DNA of 64,000 bases from Bacteroidales bacterium (GTDB lineage: Bacteria; Bacteroidota; Bacteroidia; Bacteroidales; WCHB1-69): contig JAEETJ010000009.1 of assembly GCA_016290295.1 (NCBI GenBank), forward strand, positions 27,794 to 91,793, read 5' to 3'. Positions within the stretch are counted from its first letter, which is position 1, and every line of letters begins with the position of its first letter. The notes under the pieces are model-generated. The model did not search any database. It worked only from the letters and a program-made list of their open reading frames with translations, and had not been told where the DNA came from. This document shows, piece after piece, positions 1 through 7,811 of the stretch. The position numbers were made by a program, and so were the translations under genes.

Positions 1-2116
1 ATGCTTCTTCAATAACCAAATTTTTCTGATAATATTTGATGGCGTTTGCATAGTCTTTCTGAGTGGAATAAACGAAACAGATGTTTCTATAACTTTGGGC
101 CACTGCGGAGTGGTCTTTCCCGAAAACAGCTTTCCTGATTTCTAGCGCTTTTTCCTGACATGTCAAGGCTTGGGCATATTCTTTTTGTTTGGTGTAGGCC
201 AGTCCCATGTTGTTGTAACAGGTGGCGACCATGGGGTGATTCTCTCCGTAGGTAGCCAGGAATGTGGGCAGCGCTTTTTGATAGTATTCCAATGCTTGTG
301 CATAGTCCTTTTGGAGATATTGTATGTAGCCGATGTTATTGTAACAAGCCGCCAAATCAGAATGATTTTCCCCATAGATGGATTTGTTGATGTTTAAGGC
401 TTCTTGATAAAATTCCATTGCATGGGCATAGTCCCCTGTTTGCTCTAAGATACCGCCTACGTTGACATAAATGGTGGCTATGGCAGGGTGCTTTTCGTCA
501 AAAATCGGTTGCAATATGTCTAAGGCTTGCTGGAAGAACTCCATTGCTTTGGGATAATCTTTCTGATATTTGTATATCAAACCAATGTTGTTGTATGCTA
601 TGGCGATGTTGGGATGGGGTGTCTCTCCATAAAAAGATTTCAGTACGTCCACACAAGTCTGGTAATATTCCAATGCCTGAGCCAACTTCCACTGGTCGGC
701 ATAAACATTGGCGATATTGTTGTAGCTGCTGGCCAATTCGGGATTGCCTTCTTCGGAAATGTTCTTTCTGATGTTCAATGCTTTCTGAAAATAGTTCAAA
801 GCTTCGTCCAAGTGTCCCTGTCGTTTGTAAACGTCAGCGATATTGTTGTAGCAGGTCGCCACGTATGAATTGTTCTCTCCTAATTCTTTTACCCATATAT
901 CCAATGCTTTCTGATAGTTCTCCATGGCTTTTGCATGATTGCCCATGGCATTGTAAATGTACCCGATGTTATTGTATTCTCCCGCAGTCTGAGAATTTTG
1001 TTCTCCATATATGTTTTTGAAGATATTCAGAGACAGTTTGTAATATTCCAACGCTTTGGAATAGTCGCCTTTGGCCATGTAGATAGAGCCGATATTGTTG
1101 TAACTGCTTGATACTTTGGGATGATTCTTTCCGTATTGCGCCAACGATTGCCTCAATGCGCGCTGATAGTATGCCATGGCTTTGTCATATTGCGCCAGGT
1201 AATTGTCGAGCAGCTGGCCGGCTTCCATTTGCCATTCCACGTTGGTGGTGTCGAGGCTTGCCCGCAGCTCGAGATAGTAGGCGGCAGAGTCGTTCTGGTG
1301 TTTCAGCTTGAAGATTTCGGCTTTGCCAAAGCAGCGCATGGCGATATCCTCCATCAGCCATTGCGAATAGGAGATGCTGGAATCCAACTGGGCATGGCGA
1401 CGCTCCAACTCTTTCTGCTCCTGTGTATTGGCTTGTTTGATTTGGTGCAGCTCTTTGATGTCTGACGACAGATTGCCCTTGGTCTTCAGCATGGAGTCGG
1501 CTCGGGTCAGTTCCCCATTCAGAATAAAAACGCTGAGTTGTTGCTGGAATTGATCCATCAGGTCATAATCCAGCTCGGCATAGCGTTGCGACATTTGTTT
1601 GACCAAATTTTCATTGGCATCATCATCATATAATCGCTGTAAGGCGGCATAGTATTCCTCTTCATTTAATTTGTTCAGTGCCCGAAGAGAGTCCAGCTCT
1701 GCTTCCCGTATACGCAGTTGTTGCCGCAAGGTGTTTTCTATTTTCCGCTGGGCATTCAGCTGATCTTTTAATTGTTGCTGGGGTGTTTCCATGGAAATCA
1801 CCAGCGGATTGGTGGAATAGGCGTACTGCTTCTGCAACATCTCCGGGTCGGTAAGGACATATCCTTGCTTTTGAACTTTGTTCAGGTAGAAATTTTTGTC
1901 AGGAATGGTCAAACTGAAATTGCCGTTGGCATCGCTGACGGTGGAGTGCCCGTTCAGAAGTATGATGGATGCACCGCTTAGGCGTGTGCCGGGAATCAGC
2001 TGCCCATTTTGGCCTATTCGTCCCTTGGTTTTCACATGGCCTTTTTGGGTGCTTTGGGCAGAGGATAGGGTAGCGGTAAAAATGAAAATGGTTATAATGA
2101 GAATAAGTCTGTTCAT
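1..2116 (-). CDS. TPR-repeat protein: signal peptide, beta-sandwich-like N-domain, coiled coil, then at least 9 TPR units. The 3' end runs off the left window edge.
   Basis: Not in the ORF track because it is edge-truncated. My translation from the ATG at 2116-2114 reads MNRLILIITIFIFTATLSSAQSTQKGHVKTKGRIGQNGQLIPGTRLSGASIILLNGHSTVSDANGNFSL..., then a Q/E/L-rich coiled-coil stretch, then repeated units of the type A.(S/C)YNNIG.(I/V)Y......A(L/M)E(Y/F)(Y/F)QKAL.I. The frame stays open to position 2. Confidence 0.8.
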   Translation of the reverse strand, partial: MNRLILIITIFIFTATLSSAQSTQKGHVKTKGRIGQNGQLIPGTRLSGASIILLNGHSTVSDANGNFSLTIPDKNFYLNKVQKQGYVLTDPEMLQKQYAYSTNPLVISMETPQQQLKDQLNAQRKIENTLRQQLRIREAELDSLRALNKLNEEEYYAALQRLYDDDANENLVKQMSQRYAELDYDLMDQFQQQLSVFILNGELTRADSMLKTKGNLSSDIKELHQIKQANTQEQKELERRHAQLDSSISYSQWLMEDIAMRCFGKAEIFKLKHQNDSAAYYLELRASLDTTNVEWQMEAGQLLDNYLAQYDKAMAYYQRALRQSLAQYGKNHPKVSSSYNNIGSIYMAKGDYSKALEYYKLSLNIFKNIYGEQNSQTAGEYNNIGYIYNAMGNHAKAMENYQKALDIWVKELGENNSYVATCYNNIADVYKRQGHLDEALNYFQKALNIRKNISEEGNPELASSYNNIANVYADQWKLAQALEYYQTCVDVLKSFYGETPHPNIAIAYNNIGLIYKYQKDYPKAMEFFQQALDILQPIFDEKHPAIATIYVNVGGILEQTGDYAHAMEFYQEALNINKSIYGENHSDLAACYNNIGYIQYLQKDYAQALEYYQKALPTFLATYGENHPMVATCYNNMGLAYTKQKEYAQALTCQEKALEIRKAVFGKDHSAVAQSYRNICFVYSTQKDYANAIKYYQKNLVIEEA

Positions 2117-2142
2117 AAAATATTGATTTACTTGATATTATG

Positions 2143-3276
2143 TTATTTTGTGAAAATATGATAGCTGTCACCGCAAGGCATATAAATGCTGTCCTCGTGC
2201 AAGGGTATGCTGGCGGAAACAGGATAGGTTTTCTTTTGTGATTCTAAGGGAATACTGAAACTGACAAGACCGGTTTCATCGGAAATGACAGTATGTCCAT
2301 CAATCATCACTTCAATATTTGAAAGGTATTGTTCTGTATTGGGATTATAAATTCTGAATTTGATTTGACCAAATACCATTGGGTCGCGGGCAATGTGAAC
2401 AGTCATGTTTTTTGTCAAAATCATGCTGGTATCGGTCGTCTGGAAATTAGGACAGGTCACTGTCAGGTGGACTTTCTTGTTGAGGAATTTATGGGGAATA
2501 TTCTTGAAAATGAGTTGTTCATCCATCGTATGGAGGGTGTCCGTTTCTGTTTTGTTGTCAAGTTCCAGAGTTACCACTGCGTCTTTCAATGGTGGCAGAT
2601 TATTGTTGTGAGTGGAAGTCTCATGTAACGAGACACAGGCGTCTATGGGTTGGTTGTTGACTTTTACGGCGATCAATGCTGCTACAACAAGCATAATTCC
2701 CGCTGTCCAGGCTATGATTTTGCGTATAAGCTGTCTTTTGTGTCGCTTCCAAATGGTGTCGAATTCCACATTCAGCAGTTTGGAGATGAGTTGCACATAG
2801 GCACGTTCTCTGTTCAGCCAAGGGAAAGGATAAATTTTCTCATGGATGTTGGCCCCGAGTATTTCGGGTAGCCCGAGTGTGTTTACTACAGGGTTGAAGC
2901 ATTCCGTGTCTGGATTTCCACTATGAGGTTCTCCCTCCACAATGAAGAAGTGGATGTCTTTCGTTCTGCCCAGCTGGTGGAAGAATTCTATTTCTTTTCC
3001 CACCCAATCCGATTTTGCTGAATTGGGCGAGCATATCACAATCAGGTTCCGAGAGGCTGTCAGTCTTTCTTGTAGTTCTTGCGAAAGGCCACCGGGCTGA
3101 ATGTCGGTGGGCGCAAAAAACACAGGTTTAATAGGAATTCGCTCCCATCCGTGCTCACTACAGAGGGTGGATGGCATGCGGTAATGCTCCAGTTTCCGTT
3201 GTAGTCGTTTTCCCCATTCAATGTCTTTGGAATTATAACTGATAAAGGCAAAATACTTGAATTCCTGTGCTTTCAT
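2143..3276 (-). CDS. TIR-domain protein with one transmembrane helix and a C-terminal extracytoplasmic beta-sandwich-like region
   Basis: The N-terminus FKYFAFISYNSKDIEWGKRL...NLIVICSPNSAKSDWVGKEIEFF fits the TIR (TIR_2-like) pattern, including the S.W...E glutamate. KRHKRQLIRK is followed by the hydrophobic helix IIAWTAGIMLVVAALIAV. The C-terminus contains IEVMIDGHTVISDETGLVSFSIP, which resembles a carboxypeptidase-regulatory-like domain. A 26-nt gap separates it from the downstream TPR gene. Confidence 0.75.
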   Translation of the reverse strand: MKAQEFKYFAFISYNSKDIEWGKRLQRKLEHYRMPSTLCSEHGWERIPIKPVFFAPTDIQPGGLSQELQERLTASRNLIVICSPNSAKSDWVGKEIEFFHQLGRTKDIHFFIVEGEPHSGNPDTECFNPVVNTLGLPEILGANIHEKIYPFPWLNRERAYVQLISKLLNVEFDTIWKRHKRQLIRKIIAWTAGIMLVVAALIAVKVNNQPIDACVSLHETSTHNNNLPPLKDAVVTLELDNKTETDTLHTMDEQLIFKNIPHKFLNKKVHLTVTCPNFQTTDTSMILTKNMTVHIARDPMVFGQIKFRIYNPNTEQYLSNIEVMIDGHTVISDETGLVSFSIPLESQKKTYPVSASIPLHEDSIYMPCGDSYHIFTK

Positions 3277-3484
3277 TAAGCCGAATATTTGCAGGTGAAT
3301 ACTGTTTTTTTAGGAAAAAACTTTGATTAATACAGAATAAGCATGCAAAGATAATCATTTTTTTCAAATTGAAGAATGAAATGCAGGGACTTTTGGAGCG
3401 ATGTGATATGGATGTATTTCCCCTGGTAGCACAATATATGACATGAAAATCCCGTTTGATGACAACGCTTATCAAAAAAAATTG

Positions 3485-3492
3485 TAATTTTG
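3485..3492 (+). promoter_or_regulatory. Bacteroidota -7 box (TAnnTTTG)
   Basis: TAATTTTG, 19 nt before ATG 3511. Confidence 0.45.
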
Positions 3493-3510
3493 CAGTTTAT
3501 TAGCATCGGA

Positions 3511-4473
3511 ATGCGTAGATATTTTTTCGTCATCGGCCTGATACTCTGTTGTTTCGCCTCCTTGGGGCAGAAGCAGAAGAAGGGTTTTGACTTCCGTTTG
3601 TGGGAGGATTCGCTGATCAATCTGCGCGAACAGGTGATGAATGGAGCCTCCGAAACCGAGCGTCTGAGCCGCAATGAGGATTTTATGTATCTGTTAGAGA
3701 ATGTTTTGCAAGAAGAAGGCTCGTTTAAGTTTACCTGGGATTCGGTGAAGAATTTCTCTGTGGTGACTTCTCCCGACAAATTATTCAAGCTGTTCACCTG
3801 GTACATCATCAAGGATGATTACAGTTATGAGAATTTTGGCCTTATGCAGGTGTATAGCTCCACCCGTAAGCATTATATGGTCATTCCTCTATATGACAAA
3901 CGTTATTCCATAGACTATCCCAAAACGTATGTGGGGAATCACAATCGTTGGTATGGGGCTGTGTATTATAAGGTGATTCCGGTGGAGAGTGGCGAAAAGA
4001 CCTATTACACATTGCTGGGTTGGAATGGCAATGATTTGTTTACCAATGAGAAAATTATAGAAGTACTTCATTTTAAGAACGATATGACACCTGTCTTCGG
4101 GGCTAACATCTTCAAAAAATATACTGAAAAATGCAGTCGTGTCATCATCAGCTATTCAAAGGATGCTTCCATGAGCCTGAATTATGAGTATCAGTCATAT
4201 AATGTGGGCACAGGCAAGCGTGATCCCAAAACCAAACAGGTGATTTATGACAAGGTGTATGCAAAGATGATTGTTTTTGATGAGTTGGTGCCATTGAGTG
4301 AGGGAGTGCCGAATTTGCCATCGTTTATGGTGCCGGAATCTAGTCTGAATCAGGGTTTTGTCATTGAGAAAGGCAAGTGGCTGTTTGTCAAGAGTGTTAA
4401 TCGACGTAATCCCGACAAGCCTATGCCGAATCATGAGCTGAAAAATAGAAAAATATACGTCCCCAATAACTAA
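3511..4473 (+). CDS. Hypothetical secreted protein
   Basis: ORF 3490..4473. The first ATG at 3511 gives the signal-like N-terminus MRRYFFVIGLILCCFASLGQ. A -7 box lies at 3485. No family recognised. Confidence 0.55.
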   Translation: MRRYFFVIGLILCCFASLGQKQKKGFDFRLWEDSLINLREQVMNGASETERLSRNEDFMYLLENVLQEEGSFKFTWDSVKNFSVVTSPDKLFKLFTWYIIKDDYSYENFGLMQVYSSTRKHYMVIPLYDKRYSIDYPKTYVGNHNRWYGAVYYKVIPVESGEKTYYTLLGWNGNDLFTNEKIIEVLHFKNDMTPVFGANIFKKYTEKCSRVIISYSKDASMSLNYEYQSYNVGTGKRDPKTKQVIYDKVYAKMIVFDELVPLSEGVPNLPSFMVPESSLNQGFVIEKGKWLFVKSVNRRNPDKPMPNHELKNRKIYVPNN

Positions 4474-4476
4474 ACT

Positions 4477-5544
4477 ATGCTATATCCGTTAAAATTCAAG
4501 CCTTTCTTTAAGGATAAAATATGGGGTGGTGACAAGATTAAGAAGATTTTGCATCGCCCTGTTGCTGATATGAAAAACTGTGGCGAAAGCTGGGAAATCT
4601 CTGCCATCGAGGACAATGTGTCGGTGGTCGCCAATGGTTTTTTCGCAGATGATAATGATTTAAATGAGCTGATAGAGGTGTATATGGGTGAGCTGTTGGG
4701 AGATAAGGTGTATGATAAATATGGGTTAGGTTTTCCGCTGTTAATCAAGTATATAGATGCTACAGATGACTTGTCGGTGCAAGTGCATCCGGATGACAAG
4801 TTGGCCCAGGAACGCTATGGTATGAATGGTAAGACGGAGATGTGGTATGTGATTCAAGCGGATGAAGGAGCGGGTTTGTATGTCGGCTTCCAAGATGGAG
4901 TTACCCGTGACCAATATTGGGATGCTGTGGAGTCTGGTACCATTGACCAGTTGCTGTGTTTCTACCCGGTGAAAAAAGGTGATTTGTTCTTTATCCCCGC
5001 AGGCACGGTTCATGCCATTGGCAAGGGTGTGCTGTTGGCTGAAATCCAGCAGCCATCGGATGTGACTTATCGTATTTTTGACTGGAATAGGGTAGATGAG
5101 CAGGGCAACAGCCGCGAACTGCACGTGGACGAAGCATTTGATGCTATTCATTTTGAGGGTGAACCTATTCAGAATGAATCAGATGCTTCTAATGCCGAGA
5201 CGTCGCATGAATCGTCTTCCACAACCCCAGCGGATGATACTGTGAAAAACACACTTCCTGCTGGCAAAATCAATTACGAAGAGAAATTTAACACTACCAG
5301 CAAATTGTTGCGTTCGGATTTTTTCAACCTGAATGAGATATATTTTGAAAAACCGTTGAAGAAGACCTACACGGAAATCGACTCCTTCATCATATACATG
5401 TGTATTGAAGGCCATGTTCACACTTTCACCGACGACGAGCAGTTTGAGCTCCGCACTGGCGAGGTGTTGCTGGTACCCGCCTGCATCTCCGAGTTGAATC
5501 TCATTCCCGAAGGAAAGAGCAGGTTGCTGGAGGTGTACCTTTAG
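4477..5544 (+). CDS. manA: Class I mannose-6-phosphate isomerase (PMI type I)
   Basis: MLYPLKFKPFFKDKIWGG...GESWEIS...LSVQVHPDD...GKTEMWYV...AGTVHAIG are typical type I PMI cupin motifs. Confidence 0.8.
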   Translation: MLYPLKFKPFFKDKIWGGDKIKKILHRPVADMKNCGESWEISAIEDNVSVVANGFFADDNDLNELIEVYMGELLGDKVYDKYGLGFPLLIKYIDATDDLSVQVHPDDKLAQERYGMNGKTEMWYVIQADEGAGLYVGFQDGVTRDQYWDAVESGTIDQLLCFYPVKKGDLFFIPAGTVHAIGKGVLLAEIQQPSDVTYRIFDWNRVDEQGNSRELHVDEAFDAIHFEGEPIQNESDASNAETSHESSSTTPADDTVKNTLPAGKINYEEKFNTTSKLLRSDFFNLNEIYFEKPLKKTYTEIDSFIIYMCIEGHVHTFTDDEQFELRTGEVLLVPACISELNLIPEGKSRLLEVYL

Positions 5545-5578
5545 GTTGCAGGTTGCAGAAGTCAGATAGCTAAGTCAA
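5544..5578. repeat. 7-bp array (GGTTGCA x2 plus 3 degenerate units) filling the whole gap between two convergent stop codons
   Basis: GGTTGCA GGTTGCA GAAGTCA GATAGCT AAGTCAA. Confidence 0.5.
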
Positions 5579-6394
5579 TTAATCTTTCACGCAGCGTACG
5601 GAATAGCCATATCCATACATGAAACTATCGAAGCTTTCCACGCTAGTATTTTGTGCACTGATATATCGGTAGTACACATTATTTCCGGAACTTTTGGTAG
5701 CTGTCCAGAAGTATGCGATATTGCCGAATCCGTCGAAACTCTCGGAAAAATTTCTGCCGACGGGGAATGCCGAAAAACCAGTGGCGTTGTTTGTGCTCTG
5801 GTCATAACATACAGCACATTCATTGCCACCAGACATTTGCCACCCATGATCCGACGCCAACGCTTTCGCAATACTATTGCTTGAACTGTTGCACACAAAC
5901 TCGCTTTGGTTTCCCACGTAGTCGGTCATTTGTGTCCATTCCGCATCACTCGGCACATGCCAACCTGTGGGGCAAACTCCTTGCACTCCGCTAGGATTGG
6001 CCGCACTGCCATTTGAACCATATACCACAGCTGGCCAATTATAGAGATAACCGTAGGTATTTGCATCTCCATTAGGTGGTGTGCATCTGGATGGAGAGTA
6101 ATCAGACGGACCTACCGGAATGGCAGCACCATTGGCAAAATGAGTAGTATGCAAGTTCTCAGCCATCCATATTTGGTTGCCGAGTTGTACTGCATCGTAA
6201 CTGTTTCCGTCATAATCAGTAACAGCATTATGAATAATCACTGCAGTGGAAGGATTCTGTTGGTTGCCACCGCCACCTCCAGGATTCTCTGTGTTTCCGT
6301 TATAGTTATCTGGCTTTATATCGTTTTTTTTGCATGAAACCAGTGCGATGCAGCATAAAAATGCTGTCATAACAATTAAATTTCTTCTTCTCAT
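5579..6394 (-). CDS. FISUMP-domain lipoprotein (Fibrobacter succinogenes major paralogous domain)
   Basis: Lipobox LVSC. Motifs DGNSYDAVQLGNQIWMAENL, YGYLYNW, CPTGWHVPSDAEW, GFSAFPVG, AYFWTAT and a GYSVRCVKD end. Confidence 0.8.
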   Translation of the reverse strand: MRRRNLIVMTAFLCCIALVSCKKNDIKPDNYNGNTENPGGGGGNQQNPSTAVIIHNAVTDYDGNSYDAVQLGNQIWMAENLHTTHFANGAAIPVGPSDYSPSRCTPPNGDANTYGYLYNWPAVVYGSNGSAANPSGVQGVCPTGWHVPSDAEWTQMTDYVGNQSEFVCNSSSNSIAKALASDHGWQMSGGNECAVCYDQSTNNATGFSAFPVGRNFSESFDGFGNIAYFWTATKSSGNNVYYRYISAQNTSVESFDSFMYGYGYSVRCVKD

Positions 6395-6420
6395 GTTATT
6401 GGGGCTTAATTATTTTGGTG

Positions 6421-6428
6421 CAAAAATA
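6421..6428 (-). promoter_or_regulatory. Bacteroidota -7 box
   Basis: CAAAAATA on the plus strand (TATTTTTG on minus), 27 nt upstream of start 6394. Confidence 0.45.
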
Positions 6429-6461
6429 TAAAAAAAACAATTAATTACGCTAAGTCTAAAG

Positions 6462-6490
6462 AAAAAAACGCCCTCATCGAGCGTTTTTTT
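6462..6490 (-). terminator. Putative intrinsic terminator downstream of the 6551..7297 gene
   Basis: AAAAAAACGC-cctcatcga-GCGTTTTTTT hairpin, with A/T runs on both sides. Confidence 0.45.
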
Positions 6491-6550
6491 CTTTCTTTGA
6501 AAGAAGAAGTCTAAAACCGCAACGCAAACTTTTTTTGCTCCGGCTCATCC

Positions 6551-7297
6551 TCAAGATTCCATCTCCTCATATTTCGCCCGCAGTTTCTCCCGCAGCGATT
6601 TCGACACAGGTTTGGTGGGACGGAACACCATGGGCGATTCGGGATGGAAGTGTGTGTCGCCCTCGCCAAGTGAATACATCAAATAGCTATCATCGCTGTA
6701 ATCCCACTGGAAGACGCAGTTTCCCTCCTTGTATTCAGCGCTTTTGTCTCGGCACGGTGCTTTTGAGCATGAAGAATCGTCTGAACAGCGTTTCCAACAA
6801 CGCTTGCGGTAGTTGGCATGGTCCTCCGTTGTGGGTTGTGCGTGCCCCACCACGCAGAGTTCCGCTCTCCATTCGTCAATTACCTCCACGATGTCACCTG
6901 GCTGGAATCGGATTTTGTCGGGTGTGCGACCTTTGAAATGGCGTTCGCACTTGTAGTCGAGCAGGCACTCGTCGTTAGGCTGTCCGTCAGCGGTGTAGGT
7001 GCGCATCGACTGGACACCCCACCATTTCGTCACATCCAGTTCGTATTCTGTGATTCTGTATGCCAATACAATGTTGTGCCCGTACCGTTTCTCGTCGTCG
7101 CGGTATTCTTCGTTCTCGGCAATGTATTTCAACCGTTCCCTCTCATACTCTTGGCACTCTTTCACATCTTTGCGCATCTGCGTCTCCGCCTTTGTCAAGG
7201 TGGAGAACAGTCCCAGGTCGTATGTTTGGGTTTCCCTAAGCGGATAATGCCCTTTGTTATGGGTGTAAATCCTGATTAATTCAAAAATGGTTTTCAT
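6551..7297 (-). CDS. Hypothetical cytoplasmic Cys-rich protein
   Basis: ORF 6551..7336. I prefer the start MKTIFELIRIY (ATG at 7297). No signal peptide and no family recognised. Confidence 0.5.
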   Translation of the reverse strand: MKTIFELIRIYTHNKGHYPLRETQTYDLGLFSTLTKAETQMRKDVKECQEYERERLKYIAENEEYRDDEKRYGHNIVLAYRITEYELDVTKWWGVQSMRTYTADGQPNDECLLDYKCERHFKGRTPDKIRFQPGDIVEVIDEWRAELCVVGHAQPTTEDHANYRKRCWKRCSDDSSCSKAPCRDKSAEYKEGNCVFQWDYSDDSYLMYSLGEGDTHFHPESPMVFRPTKPVSKSLREKLRAKYEEMES

Positions 7298-7357
7298 AAT
7301 ATTAAAATTGCTTTTTCCTTCAATACCGATTCTCAAGCCGGATTCTATTTAATATTG

Positions 7358-7714
7358 TCAATGCCTCTTGTACATCAGATGTTTTTTCTCGTTCTTCTTC
7401 CATCCCGCATCCGATTTGTATTTTGAGAAATAGATGACGATGTCTGCGTCTGACTTATACTGGCAGAAGTAGATTTTGACATCAGCGTCTGATTTGTACT
7501 CGCAAAAGTACCAAATCCCTGAATTGTCGCTGGCTTCCGATTTGTACTTGGTCTCATACACTACCAGGTCGGCATCCGATTTATACTGACACACATATAC
7601 TTTCACATCGGCATCGGACTTGTACTGGCATGAATATACTTTCTGGGCGAAGACACCTGTTGATATTACGGCGGTTGCGATAAACAATACGAAAAGGCTG
7701 ATTAATTTCTTCAT
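7358..7714 (-). CDS. Small secreted protein built from six YKSDAD-type repeats
   Basis: Signal peptide MKKLISLFVLFIATAVISTGVFAQ, then a repeated (C/K)(Q/E)YKS(D/E)A(D/S)-x-x-(V/I)Y unit, ending YKSDAGWKKNEKKHLMY. Confidence 0.7.
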   Translation of the reverse strand: MKKLISLFVLFIATAVISTGVFAQKVYSCQYKSDADVKVYVCQYKSDADLVVYETKYKSEASDNSGIWYFCEYKSDADVKIYFCQYKSDADIVIYFSKYKSDAGWKKNEKKHLMYKRH

Positions 7715-7734
7715 AAGACTTGTTTTTACGAGTG

Positions 7735-7742
7735 CAAAGATA
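7735..7742 (-). promoter_or_regulatory. Bacteroidota -7 box
   Basis: Reverse complement TATCTTTG, 21 nt upstream of start 7714. Confidence 0.45.
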
Positions 7743-7758
7743 CTTATTTTTCTCGAAT

Positions 7759-7794
7759 AAAAAAAGACCGCCCTTGTGGAGCGGTCTTTTTTTT
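7759..7794 (-). terminator. Intrinsic terminator after rpsA (bidirectional shape)
   Basis: A7-GACCGC-ccttgtgga-GCGGTC-T8, about 18 nt downstream of the rpsA stop. Confidence 0.7.
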
Positions 7795-7811
7795 CAAAGA
7801 GAAATCAACGA

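Noticed and set aside
170-1465. Plus-strand ORFs of 65 to 114 aa in the first 2 kb (170..397, 527..868, 1121..1465 and others).
   Set aside because: All are antisense to, or out of frame with, the clear minus-strand TPR gene (1..2116). The ORF track omits that gene because it is edge-truncated.
3327-3812. 161-aa minus-strand ORF spanning the divergent promoter region and the start of the 3511 gene.
   Set aside because: It overlaps a signal-peptide-bearing plus-strand gene and its promoter, and no family or start context supports it.
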